Source of the DNA: Rhina ancylostomus
Taxonomy: Eukaryota
Length of the DNA stretch: 64,000 bases
Reading direction: 5' to 3'
Assembly (NCBI GenBank): GCA_030265395.1
Contig: JARFYF010000074.1
Coordinates: 30,232,957-30,296,956 of the forward strand
The notes beneath the pieces are model-generated. The model was given only the letters and a program-made list of their open reading frames with translations. It was not told the origin of the DNA and did not search any database. How positions within the stretch are numbered: the stretch's first letter is position 1; each line of letters opens with the position of its first letter. Below are positions 51,734 to 64,000 of the stretch, piece by piece. The position numbers and the translations under genes are program-made.

Positions 51734-51984
51734 CGTGCCTTGTGATGAACTCACTGACATTTTCCCCCATCTGTGCTCTCTCGCTGATTTTCAGCGACTA
51801 CAACTGGGTGGTCACTGCAAAGAACAACAAGGGTGACAGAAGGAGTATAGATTTTAATATCTGCCAAAAAACTCTTTTTACCAGATTTCTGCTGCCACTT
51901 TTTAACCAACATTTTGTTCCTGTTTCAGTGCAAGTTCTGCTCAGTACTCTTTTTTTGCTTCCATAATTAGTGTAATTACTTGGT

Positions 51985-52400
51985 TATTACAAAGCTATTG
52001 TGCTCAGGACTTGCAATATCTCCACTTTTTTGGAAGTGGAAGATCTGTTGTTCTGTAGGATGACTGTGGTTTTTCTTCTGGGCCAATTGTTTATTCTATG
52101 GAGACTTGTGGCCTGGCACTCCGGTGATATCTTACAGCTACTCCTGCAAGAAAAAATGATAAATATAACATTTATTTTCATGGGCTCTATCATGAAGTAG
52201 TTCAAATGTTGAATGTGGAAGGTGAGTTTCATAGGAATATGCATTGCAAGATGTGAAAGAGGGGTGCACGTGACCCAGACGTGTGTAGCAAGATGTGCAC
52301 TCTGAAACCCTTGAGAATGCTGAACACCCTTAAGCATGCAGTGATAAACTTTCTCTTGAGTAAGAGTAGTCTGTTGACATGCCTGGTTCGTAAGCTGCCT
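51985..52400 (-). mobile_element. Possible third Harbinger transposase fossil, C-terminal half
   Basis: Minus strand: frameshifted GS-VH-SF-IL, RYHRS..VSIE*TIG, and KKVEIL..VLSTIAL (resembling VLHNIAL). Confidence 0.4.
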
Positions 52401-52856
52401 GCCTTTGATACTCTGAAGGAATTCTGTTCTATAATAGGAACTTATCTCTACATTATAACATGAGTTGCTTCATTAGCAGAATTCTGCTTCCTGAGCCATC
52501 TCTGCTTTATTTCAGCCAGTGGCCTATTCACATTGAGGGCTACAAAGTTCAAGGTTTCTTCTTTACTGCTTTGCAGTTTCTCTTCTCCAGTAGTTTAGCT
52601 GCTTTAACCAGATTCATTCTTGTGAATTTAGTGCTGTAGTCCCTCCTCAACCTTCCCTCACCTTATTCTTGGGACTTTCTGGAATGTCAGTACTCATTTG
52701 TGGATGATTCTGATTTTCTTGTGTACAATTTTTTAAAAAAATGACACCAAGGCTCCTGATTATTGTCAGTGTTTTATATTATCAGTGCTTAGATATTCCT
52801 GCCTGCCACACTTCAGGGAATATGATCTAAGAATTCTCCACCCCTGAACTTTTTAA

Positions 52857-53012
52857 TAATTCTCCCAGTCTGGTTGTACTTCAGGCGATGGTATTTTTGC
52901 CATTTTTTTTGAGAATTCTTCATTTCTTTAGGTTCCTGAGATCCACGTCTGATCTGGCAGACTGATGCAGGTTTCTTTGCTCAAGTCTCAGAAGTTACAG
53001 TCTTTACTACTT
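52857..53012 (+). repeat. About 155-bp direct repeat, copy 2
   Basis: Near-identical to 51580-51733. Confidence 0.92.
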
Positions 53013-53959
53013 TGGGATAATTCAAAATAAACTGAAATGAAAATGTGTCTTAACTGAGTGTATTAGTATTTCAATGAATTTTGCATCCTGACTGCAACAA
53101 AACATTGTGACTGCTTTCTATCTTGTAGCACAGGCATAAAAACACACATATTGATCTTAGTTGAAAGGCCAAGTGCCATATTTAATTCAACTAGCTTTCA
53201 CTTGTTAGATGGCCAGTCTGACATTGTACTGGCTCATTCCTATCAGTCATTACACTTGTTGGCTGATGCCAATTTTTTTTTTCCAGTCAATTTAATCTAT
53301 CTTATTCAAACTAAAAATTATAATAGTTACTAGAATCAGAGTGCTGCAGCTAATTTTACATGAATATAATCCTTTGAAAAATATCCCCACAAATTGAAGA
53401 GCACTATGTGGTGTAATAAATTTAAGATCATTTACATGCTAAATTTTAGAGTGACTGATGGAAAATTGAAATGTACTGGAAGGTTCTGAATCATTGCTTC
53501 AGAACCAGTATAAATGTATTCCAGAGAATTTCAACCAATTGTTTGCATTGACTGAACTTGTATTTAGGAGGGTCTGTCATTCATCTCTATAATGGCATGT
53601 TATGCTGTACACTCAGTAATATACACTTTGTAATTAATCAATGTTTCCTTTGACATTATTGAGTAATTGTTGTAAGGTGGTTAAGACAAGGGAAGCTGTG
53701 ATTGAAGATAAATTGCTTTCTTCAAATACAAACATTAATAAAAAGCTCTTGATAGACACGCCAGTCCAGTCACCTCTTGAGAAGGAAATGTTACATTTGG
53801 CACATTTCATCAAAAGAAAATAAACTAATGGTTTGGGTATTATTTGGGGTTGCGGTGCGAGGAAGTAACATGGTCATTTATAGCCATTCCAATTCACTGA
53901 TGTCATATTCTGGGACATTGGAGCACCTGTACTCCCTCTTGTGTACCACTGCAACATAT

Positions 53960-54160
53960 TTTCTCACATTCCCATTATGTCCCTTTGATTATTTTGCCAC
54001 TTATACTCTGGATTAATCTACAGTGGCCTATTAATCTAGATGTGGTAGGAAACCTGAGCATCCAGGTAAAAACCAAGGAAAATGGGCAAACTCCACAGAG
54101 TTAGGAATGAACCCAGATCCCTGAAGTTGTGAGGCAGCAGTACTAACTACTGTACCAACC
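53960..54160 (-). mobile_element. Old V-SINE
   Basis: ggaaacctgagcatccagg...gcaaactccacaga...tgtgaggcagcagtactaactactgtacca is the reverse complement of the head and V-domain. Confidence 0.7.
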
Positions 54161-54233
54161 TACTGCTCCATTTGTCAGCATGTACCTTGATGTAGAAAAA
54201 GCCAAAGAATAATTAACTTCAAAGATTTCACAA

Positions 54234-54470
54234 GTACGGTAGCATAGTGGTTAGTGTGATGCTATTACAGTGCCAGTGATTGGAGTTTGATTCCCGTTGT
54301 TGTCTGTAAGGAGTTTGTACGTTCTCCTGTGTCTGTGTGGGTTTCCGCCAGGTGTTCCGGTTTCCTCCCACATTTCAAAGATGTATGGGTAGGTTAACTT
54401 GGGTTTAAAATGGGTGGTGTGGATTCCTTGGGCCGGAAGGGCCTGTTACCATTGCTGTAAATAAAATTAT
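54234..54470 (+). mobile_element. Young V-SINE with short CR1-type tail
   Basis: A box tagcatagtggttagtg, V-domain, and tail gggccggaagggcctgttacc...taaataaaat. Confidence 0.88.
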
Positions 54471-54774
54471 TAGAAAAAATGACAAATGTCACAATCTATT
54501 AAATAGCTAATTTAACAATACATTACCATGAACATTGTATAATCTATGCATTTCTAAATATCAGTTATTACATGTAAAACAACATATACCAGTGCACCCA
54601 TTATACAGAGATGGCAATCATACATTATTCCCAAGCATCACAGATCTATATACTAATAATTTCTAACAAATTTGACAATGTGTCTAATCCTGTTCCCTTC
54701 ACGGACACAGTTTCACATCACAACTCTGGCTTCTTGTGGGCACTGGACCTTTCCTTTTTTTTTTCTCCTGACCC

Positions 54775-55425
54775 TTTCAAAACCAGGAGCTCATAACCTG
54801 TGACTTTTGCACTCCTGATGATTCCCAGTTTCCGCAACTCAAATGATTCCTCGCCTCTCTTGCACCTTGGCTGCAGAGTAGTGAGTGGACACCAGTACAT
54901 CCAGACCTGATGTGATATCGTGGGTGGAATCTTCAGATTCATTAAATCGTCTTCACATCACAACCCAGTCCTTGCTCATCTAGCTTGTGCATGGTTCAAT
55001 CCACTGAGCAGTTCCATGGACAGGACCATGCTAACACTATGTTCTTTTCCTAGATCTGTGCAATCACTTCCATCACAGCAGCACCTTCCACTGCATTACA
55101 ATGTCCATTGAGCTTCTCGCCTTCCATCATTGCAAATGATTCGGCCAGAAGTTCAGTAGTTGTCTAGTGTTGCGATTCTTTGAAACACACAGACACTTGG
55201 ATGCTGTGACTTGATCCAGTTGATGCTCATGATTGCAGGTGTGTGGCTCTGGCCCATCATCATGATGTGTAACTGGACCTGCCAAAGTCCACTTTTACGA
55301 ATGGACATATTGTCTAGTTCTGTGTTTTTCCCCAGGATCTCAATGATAACATTTGCTCCCAGGAACATTTCTACCCATTCAATATACAGAGCAAATGACT
55401 TCAACCACTTTTTCTTTTCCATTTT
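54775..55425 (-). mobile_element. Possible Gypsy-type pol fossil (protease to RT start)
   Basis: GANVIIEILG...PAIMSINWIKSQHPSV resembles PxILGxxWLxxHNP and is followed by ELRKLGIIRS, resembling LxxGIIRPS. No catalytic motif is visible. Confidence 0.4.
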
Positions 55426-55660
55426 CTAGAAGGCATTCCACAAAGTAGCATATAAAAGGTTATTCAACAAGACAAGAGTGCCCAGGGATAGGGGTAATGT
55501 ATTGGTGTGGATTGTGGAATAGCTAACTAAAAAAAAGGATGTCTGAATAAATGGGTCATTTTCAGATTGGCAATCACAAATTAATGGGGTACCACTGGAA
55601 TCAGTGCTGAGGCATCAACTATTTACAATCAGTGTTCATGATTTGGATGAAGAGATAGTG
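55424..55660 (+). mobile_element. CR1 RT fragment
   Basis: F*KAFHKVAYKRLFNK...GNVLVWI...NGVPLESVLRHQLFTISVHDLDE. Confidence 0.8.
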
Positions 55661-58600
55661 GTGTATTGGGTTGGGCTACAGTACACTCAAATTAGGCAGG
55701 GACTTTGCACAGCTACTGCATGATAATAACTTATGTTCTCCCTCTCCCTCTCCACTCACTCTCCCTCATGTTCCCATCATGTCCCTTTGATTCTTCAGTA
55801 CCCATAAGATGTATGAAAGTTGTGTGATGTTCATTGCCGAATTGTAGAAGCTCAGTCAGTCTTCCCATCCTCTGCTATGGAAACCACTGTAATGTATTTG
55901 GACCTATGAAACCATCTATTCAGAGTTCCAGCTAAAAACATCTCTTCTTGACCTATTATCAGACACACAGTCTGAATACCGGCATAAATAGTTAAAGCTT
56001 TGTAAGTTCCTTCTTTTAAAAATAGGTTGAGTTTGCTGTTGCCTGTAGGACATAATCCCAGAGGTTAAGATAATTCTTCTGAATTGAACCAGTCCAACTT
56101 CCAGAGGAGGGCTTCCTGATGTGGTTCACGGCACAATAGGGGGATAGTTAGAATGTGGTGACTAACCTTTCATTGGCTCTTCCTTCCTTTGCGATTTCTG
56201 TCACCTTTCATGGTTTCCTATTCTGTGGAGTGAGAGGTCGTAGGTTTCATGTTTCTATTATTTGTTCATTTTATTTCTTACATTTATCTTTTGAAACATC
56301 TTGAATCATTAAAAATATTCATGACAAGCAGCTTTGTCATTACCGATCTTTCCTGCTATTAAAGGCCATCTTCTTCTGGAAGCACGAATGCAAAGAGTGG
56401 CTCACAGTTAAAGGAAAATGCCAACACGGGGAGCATTTCTGGTGCCTGCAACAACCACCAACAGTTCAGGAAAGCCACTTATTGGATGAAAGTCAAAGAA
56501 AACTTCCATTTGAAGGCAAGGGTATAAAATGTGTTGTACAATTTCATGACCACTATAAGTAAGTTGTTTAGGCAATTTAACAATAGGCATGCTTCAAGTG
56601 GCATATACATACACCAGAAACAACTCTAGGCTGTGCTGCTGTGCTAACCTACTCTGCCATTGTGATCGTGGCTGCTCCTGTATCTCGCCTCCACTGTCCC
56701 GTCTGATTCCAATAACCCTTGATTACCCTTTGTCCTCGTATGATTTAGTACAGTACAATTTCTGGCAGATATAGCACTTTGGCTCGCCCACCTACTGTTG
56801 CTTAGTCACAGCAGCTCTGCTTAAAATCTTTTATCACTTCCGAAGCGGACCCCACTCCTGTCCAACCTCTTGAGAAATCACTTAATCATCAGGCTCCACT
56901 ATCCTGCACTAATATTTTCTGACATTCTTTCAAGGAGAAAACTTTAACTGCATATTGGACTGTGCTTATCGGCTTCCATGAACCACTGAGCCATTTAAAA
57001 TATTGCAGCAACATCTAGTTTTCCATGTTATTGACAGAGGCATTTATAAAGCTTTGAGCTCATGCATAACAATCAGCCCAACGAATGTAGAAAGTACAGA
57101 AGACTCCATACCTGCACTCTCAGACAAATGAGAATCCTTGTTCTGCCTTAACTCGATACATCCATTGTGATAACATGGCTCTTATTTTGTAAGACGATCA
57201 TTAATGTCAGAATTATGCAAATTAATAAAAACAGTGAGCAATATAATTACTTGAATTAATTGGAAAAATATTAGCCTTTCATCCTAGACAGATAGATTTA
57301 GAACTTTGGCTCATTACAGAATTATGCTCACTCATACATAAATTAAGATATTTAGTGTTAAAGAGAATAATTAGTTTTATGAACTTATCCGTTTTCATCC
57401 AAATTGCCTCAATTGCTTTGTGTCTTAGGCTTGTAAATAACAAATTAAATGACTAACTTCTTTCTACATCATTATTCTTTATATTTTCAGAATTCAAAAA
57501 ACAAAGATTGAAATGTTATGGGATTATGTCATGGCATTTTTTTTTAAACATATGATGCAATTTAGACATTTTTAAATTAACTCTCAATCTGTCCCTTTAT
57601 TATCTGAATTAAACAATAACGCTTGCTACAGACCAGAAAAATACCATTAACATTATGAAGGAACATGTTTATCCTTTTATAATTATAATAAAATTCCTCA
57701 CAAATGAGGAAGCATGGGATTTCATGCTTAATTCATTTGTGTACGTTATCTGTCTTTAATGACTCTGCCTCTGTTAGTATTATTCCATGTTCCTGAAGTC
57801 AGTTAAATTTCGGAAGTGGAATGCAATGTGCAATCGCTATGACATTGTGTATTTAACTAAAACAACTGAATCTCTCACAGTGTTAACCAGGAAATGTGAA
57901 GCAAGTATGAAAAATCAAAGAAACAGATGTGGTGAGGTTGGGGGGTGGGTGGGTGGGTATGGGGCGAAATGAAACCTCAAATGTTAATTCACTTTTGAAG
58001 GAATGAGGCTCCTTGGTTATAAAAGTAACCTTTTAGAGACAGAGGTTTTGTGGGGATAATTATTATTTCCTCCTGAATGCATACCCCAACTTCTCCTGAC
58101 AGATGGATTAGTGGCAAGTAAACTAAGTTCATGGTATCCCATAACTGAGTTTGTTAGCAGGGGCCATTATTAAAGGATAACTAGTATAGCTAAATAGTTA
58201 ACTGTGCAGTAGCATCTGTCAGACATTTATTNNNNNNNNNNNNNNNNNNNAACTTTGAGCAACACCATTGTCATTAATGTAAAATATGGGCCAAGAGACT
58301 TCTGCATGACTTTAGCAGAGCTAAGCCATGAAAGAATGGGCTCTCCTGTTCGAAGGATCATCAGCAACTCTTCTGCAACTGTCCTGGAAGCTCTCTCTCC
58401 AGCCATTTCCCAGGTTCATTGACATTGGCAGTAGAAAGCAGGAAAGTGATTGGACAGTTAACCTCCTGATAGTATATTTGTACCAATGCCCAGTGAAGAG
58501 TGAGCTAGTGGCTTTCTCCGCTCCAATGCTGGAGAGAAAATTTCATTTGGGCTGGGAATGTAACTGGAGGCGAATTTTCTCTGATTTCCAAGTGGAATAG

Positions 58601-58782
58601 TGGGGAATATTCTAGCTGCACAATTGTGGTTGTCTCAATTATGAACTAAAAGAGCAGCACAATTCAAACCTATTTCCCATTGGAAGAATTTATAATACAA
58701 TTTTATAGTGGTGATTTGGACTAGATGGGCAGTGTTATCTAGCTGACTTGTGGTGATGTAGTTTGGGGCAGCAGAAGGTCCC

Positions 58783-59958
58783 ATTGGTATTGGTTTATTA
58801 TTGTCACGTACCAAGGTACAGTGAAAAACTTGTCTCGCACACTGAATGTACAGGTCAATTGATTACACAATGCAGTTACATTGATTTAGTACAGAGTGCA
58901 TTGAGGTAGTACAGGTAGAAACAATAACGCAGAGTAAAGTGTCACAGCTGCAGAGGAATTGAAAGTNNNNNNNNNNNNNNNNNNNNNNNNNNNNNNNNNN
59001 NNNNNNNNNNNNNNNNNNNNNNNNNNNNNNNNNNNNNNNNNNNNNNNNNNNNNNNNNNNNNNNNNNNNNNNNNNNNNNNNNNNNNNNNNNNNNNNNNNNN
59101 NNNNNNNNNNNNNNNNNNNNNNNNNNNNNNNNNNNNNNNNNNNNNNNNNNNNNNNNNNNNNNNNNNNNNNNNNNNNNNNNNNNNNNNNNNNNNNNNNNNN
59201 NNNNNNNNNNNNNNNNNNNNNNNNNNNNNNNNNNNNNNNNNNNNNNNNNNNNNNNNNNNNNNNNNNNNNNNNNNNNNNNNNNNNNNNNNNNNNNNNNNNN
59301 NNNNNNNNNNNNNNNNNNNNNNNNNNNNNNNNNNNNNNNNNNNNNNNNNNNNNNNNNNNNNNNNNNNNNNNNNNNNNNNNNNNNNNNNNNNNNNNNNNNN
59401 NNNNNNNNNNNNNNNNNNNNNNNNNNNNNNNNNNNNNNNNNNNTTGGTGATGTTCACTCCCAGGAACTTGAAGCTCTCAACCCTCTTGATCTCAGCACCA
59501 TTGATGTAGACAGGTGCATGTACACCGTCCCCTTTCCTGAAGTCAATGACCAGCTCTTTTGTTTTGTTGACATTGAGGGAAAGGTTGTAGTCATGACGCC
59601 ATTCCACTAAGCTCTCTATCTCCTTCCTGTACTCTGACTCATCGCTGTTTGAGATACGGCCTACAATGTTGGTATTATCTGCAAACTTGGAGATGGAGTT
59701 AGAGCAGAATCTGGCCACACAGTCATGAGTGTATAGGGAGTAGACTAGAGGCCTGAGGACGCAGCCTTATGAGGCACCAGTATTGAGAATAATCGTGCTG
59801 GAGGTATTGCTGCCTATCCTCACTGATTGCAGTCCGTTGGTTAGAAAGTCAAGGGTCCAGTTACAGAGGGAGGTGTTGAGTCCTAGGTCTTGGAGTTTGG
59901 TGACCAGTTTGCTTGGGATTATTGTATTGAAGGCAGAGCTGCAGTCAATAAACAATAG
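58783..59958 (-). mobile_element. Young Rex1/Babar-type LINE, RT to tail, centre in gap
   Basis: [70 protein letters not shown], and tail aataaaccaataccaat. Confidence 0.92.
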
Positions 59959-60769
59959 TTCTACAGCAGGCAATGATAAGGCCTTTTGATCAGGAAAAGG
60001 ATGAAGGCTGGGTCAGTGGAGGCTAGAGTAAGTATCAATGGAGTTGGAAGATCCCTGCTGCCCCTTCCACAAGATAACAAGTTTAAAATAAAATAACAAG
60101 TGCACATACTGGGACTGATGCATCTTCCTGGCCTCTTGCTGCAAACTGTGAAAGGGCTGTAGTGGTCCATCACCACCAGATAGAAATACATTCAGTCCCT
60201 GATGACACCATTGAACCTCCATTGGAATATTTATGGAAGGGCACCAGTCATTACAGGTAGAAGTATTTGCCACCTGTGGTGCAAAACCATAGTGGGAAAG
60301 CCCTCCCAACTAATTTTAGCAGCTTCCTAGCCTTGTTTCAGCCCAGCAGTCAGGATTAAAACTGCTCTTAATATCTATATCTGAGTTGGATCAGTAATTC
60401 TGGTATGCATGTGCTATCGTATTTCTCTGTCCATTCCCCCGCCCATCATCACTTATATCCATGAACATTCAGCTTGGGGATTTAAGTATTCATTCTCACT
60501 AATGCCTTTGCTATTGTTGGCACTTGTCCCACATTCATTTTCATTCTAAATGTTTGCCCTTGTGAGGATTTGTTCACACCTGAATTGAGATATGCAAACA
60601 AGTTTGAGTTGTTCAAGAACAGACTTTTTGCCAAAATATGAAATATTAGAACAGGATGTCTGAAAGATTTGAGATTTAAGGAGAGTCTTAAAGGTTAAAT
60701 AAGTAGTAGAGAGTCAGAAATTTTCAGCAAGAGCATTCTGGGGCCCTGGTTTGGGACTTGTAAGGTAGA

Positions 60770-61395
60770 GCAGAGGGCAAGGGCAGCAGATGTAAGCGAA
60801 CACCACCACCAAAGTTGCATAACATCCTGACCTGGAAATTAGGTGGCATGGTCGTGTGGCAGTTGGCGTAATGCTATTACAGCACCAGTGACCCGGGTTC
60901 AATTCCTGCCATTGTCTGTAAGGAGTTTGTACATTCTCCCCATGTCTGCGTATGTTTCCTCTGGGTGCTCTGGTTTCCTCCCACATTCCAGAGATGTACA
61001 GGTTAGGAGCTGTGGGCATGCGATGTTTGCGCTGGAAGAGTGGTGACACTTGTGGGCTGCCCACAGCACATTCTTAGCAACGCAAAAAGATGCATGTCAC
61101 TGTGTTTCGATGTACATGTTACTAATAAGCAGCAACATCAGTAAATATCAATATCAAAATCTGTCGCTGCCCCTTCATTGTGCTGGGTCTAAATCCTTGA
61201 ACACTCACCTAGCTGCCATATCCCACCCCTAACCCTGAATGCCTCATCCTTCCAGCTACCTCCTCTACCCCCCCCCAAGCCTTCACCAGCACTTATTCAT
61301 CATCACTTCACCACTTTCTCAAGGGCAAATAAAGATGGATAATTAATACTGACTTTGTCAGCAACACCCAGATCCCAAAGAATGAATGAATAAAA
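60770..61395 (+). mobile_element. CR1/L2-group LINE 3' end, split by a SINE
   Basis: caagggcagcag...catcctgacctggaaat | gctgggtctaaatcc...ctcaagggcaa...gatcccaaagaatgaatgaataaaaa. Confidence 0.7.
60845..61130 (+). mobile_element. Young V-SINE with non-CR1 tail, same subfamily as 44007-44276
   Basis: B box ggttcaattcc, full V-domain, and tail tgtgtttcgatgtacatgttactaataa. Confidence 0.9.
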
Positions 61396-64000
61396 ATTCA
61401 CACCATGAAGGAAATTCAATAGAAAACTTAGAACTTAAATATTCTGAGACAAAGAAAGATCAAGAGCCACTCAGATGATTTTAGCATGGGGGCATTGAGT
61501 GAGCAAGAATGCTGGCAGGGGCTGGATTTGGTGCAATGGCCTTTAGTCAGTCACTGCCCCCTCCCCCACTCTCACTGGACTCATTGGACCCCGGTGGCGA
61601 GGTAGATGGTCAGATGTGATGTGCCCACATTGTGCCTTGGTGCTTTAGATGTTAACATGCGTGTGCATTAGTCTGAGGTGTTCCAGACGCTGAGCAGCNN
61701 NNNNNNNNNNNNNNNNNNNNNNNNNNNNNNNNNNNNNNNNNNNNNNNNNNNNNNNNNNNNNNNNNNNNNNNNNNNNNNNNNNNNNNNNNNNNNNNNNNTG
61801 CATGAGTCTGAGGTGTCCCAGACGCTGAGCAGCTAAGAGCCACGGATCCTCCAGCTGTAAATGAACACATTTCAGCCCAACCTCTCCGACTGGGGAAAAT
61901 AAGACTGAAACCAAATAAGATTAGAGTAACTTGAGAAAATAGGACAAGGCCAATGTTTCGGTTGACATTTTTTGGCATATTAATGTTACAGTAATAAAGC
62001 TGCTTCTGTGAAGTAGTCATTTAATGGGAGATTTCCCTTGGCATGATGGGCTGTTCTTATATTTTTTGCTATTTATTGAGCCAGGAAAGTTGATGAGTCT
62101 GCCATCAATATGCATTATTCAAAACTGGCTCCCACTGTGATGATGTGAATTGACTTCAAAATAGATGTTTGCAAGAAGGATCTTTTTACTAAAAGCTACA
62201 CTTTATTTTCTGCTTACACATCCAATAAGAATTATTCTGTAAGTTTCCTCCTCACTTCTTGTGTCTGTCTTCAGTTTTAAAAATGCTTTTTCTTGTCTTG
62301 CTACTTGTAGTTCCATGAAAGCATCTTGGGTTGGGTTACTCAAACATGTTTTCTCCTTGTGCAGAAATGTCTGGGCTCTCTTTAGTAACTATATAAAACT
62401 CATAAAGAAGCAGCAGCTCTTGGGAGAACACTGAAATAGTAGACGGTGTAGCAAAATGGCTGAAGGATGATGTAGCCTCCGAGCTAATGATGGACTTTCT
62501 CCTCTCATTAGTAGCTGTTCAATCTTTCCATTTAAGTTGCAACACTTATCACATGGGTTCCTTCACCTTTTCATGAGTAAGGCTTATCACAACCTTCCTA
62601 TCTGGGTAGAAAGTATTGGTTGACTATGCACTAGCCTAATTGTCACCTTTTATAGTTTGGATCATTTCTTCTTGGAAAGGGTTTTTGCTCTTGAGTGGCG
62701 TTTTAAGGATGGTCTTAAAATAAGATGAATTTGTTCAGGTTTTTAAAGAGAGGCCACAAACTGCAGATGTTGAGAATGTTTATCTAAGCCAGACTAGTTA
62801 GCCCGAGAGATTTACAGTCACTGTTGAATACAAAGCAATTTGGGGGAATCGGTTGTCTCGTCCCAAGGCTATTAACCCACATCAACAGGGGTGTTAAGCA
62901 ATTCAACACATCTTTAAAGATGGCCAATCAATACTGAAGCACATGATGGTGAACACAATTTTTAAACTGTCAATAAGATATGCAATGTCTGTGGAGAATA
63001 AAAAGGATGTTATTTTGATTTGAAATCAATTTTGGCAAATGTATATGTGGGAAGTTTGCATGCGTTTGCCAAATGAGAAGAGTGATTTGAATTCCTGGGC
63101 TTCAAATTAAGATGGCCAACAGGCTGATTGCCCGAGCATATCAAAGCACAGGAAACTTGTGTACATTCTGAGCTGAATAAGCCTCCCTCGGCCTATTTAA
63201 AGTGTCTGTTAAAGTTGGATTGCAATCCCTGAAGCCCCTTTTTTCTTGATACTGCTGAATATCTGAGAAGTAAGTCAGAGTTGGGGTCCCTTTCTGCCAA
63301 CTATCATGGAGGAAGATGTAGTATTAGGTTCATAGAAATACTGTTCCTCAAACTGAAGGAGCCTCCCTGGAATTGTTGTTAACCAAACCCAGTTAGGAAA
63401 GGCCACAGTAACAACAGGCAGTGCTGTTGGAAGAGTCGATGACCATATAAGGCAGCAAGGGCAAGTACATCTGAATAGCACTAATAACACCTCACACAAC
63501 TACTCTCAATAAATTTCCTCTGCTCCATTGCAGCCTTCAGCATACAGTCAATGCTGATTACTTCACACTTGAGCAGATCTCTAATTGCCGGGGTCATCTG
63601 CAGCAGTGCAGATGTCACTATAGTCTGGCCTCCACAGCTTCAAGCAGCCTCAAATCACTGGCCACAGGCATTTCAAGGGTCTCCACTTGGTCACCAACAG
63701 CCTTGCTTGGTTGAGATGGGAATAGAAGACACTTAATATGTTAAGAACTGAATCCTTACATTTAATGATTTGTGCACAAGGTTATAGCATTGCTTTTGCA
63801 CACATAGTGCCAGTATATCATTGATATATAAGATGGCTGGATGATTTTAATGTGCTTCACTGCAGGATTGAGGCTGTAGTGAAAGATGCATCAGGGGCTG
63901 TTAAACAAGAGGATTTTGTAAAGTTATGCAAGCAGGGAGTGAGTATGTTAATGGGAATCATTGAGCAATTAAATCTTCTTGGTGCCAAGGTTTTGATGGC

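Noticed and set aside
51580-53012. Paired LTRs of a small LTR element (TRIM)
   Set aside because: No TG...CA termini, TSD, primer-binding site or polypurine tract is visible.
57460-57560. Strong plus-strand acceptor ttctttatattttcag as an exon start (also near 37982, 38617 and 51652)
   Set aside because: I found no convincing nearby donor or sustained open frame. Such sites are expected in AT-rich DNA.
61664-61833. 35-bp direct repeat on both sides of a 100-N gap, superficially repeat-spacer-repeat
   Set aside because: There are only two copies, each abutting the gap and differing at two positions. Short overlaps also flank the gaps at 39854 (aaaaggttg) and 48009 (ttttat). Most likely unmerged contig or haplotype ends, though a collapsed minisatellite cannot be excluded. 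Not CRISPR.
1-64000. Six-frame ORFs as host protein-coding genes
   Set aside because: All are short. The recognisable ones are LINE, PLE or transposase remnants, and the rest show no recognisable domain or consistent exon chain.

Overview
Eukaryotic, CpG-depleted, repeat-dominated DNA with scaffold gaps. The repeats (V-SINE/HE1-type tRNA SINEs, CR1/HER1-type LINEs, Rex1/Babar, RTE, L2, Penelope-like elements) point to a cartilaginous fish, probably a batoid (inference). I found no intact host gene, RNA gene, CpG island or CRISPR array, so this reads as intergenic or long-intron sequence. The ORFs I could recognise are all decayed transposon fragments. Main observations: (1) Penelope-like element (PLE) ends carrying minimal type I hammerhead ribozyme motifs, one nearly intact at 46270-46305, with covarying stems between copies, a recurrent CUGAYG-C-A core variant, and two short fold-back elements built around the motif. 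(2) A 647-bp solo LTR with 5-bp TSD, TATA box and polyA signal. (3) Three decayed PIF/Harbinger transposase fossils and two possible Myb/SANT partner fossils. (4) Three short local duplications, one inverted. (5) A LINE endonuclease directly behind a SINE-like head. Family calls come from recognising motifs by eye, with no database search. Boundaries of old repeats are approximate.
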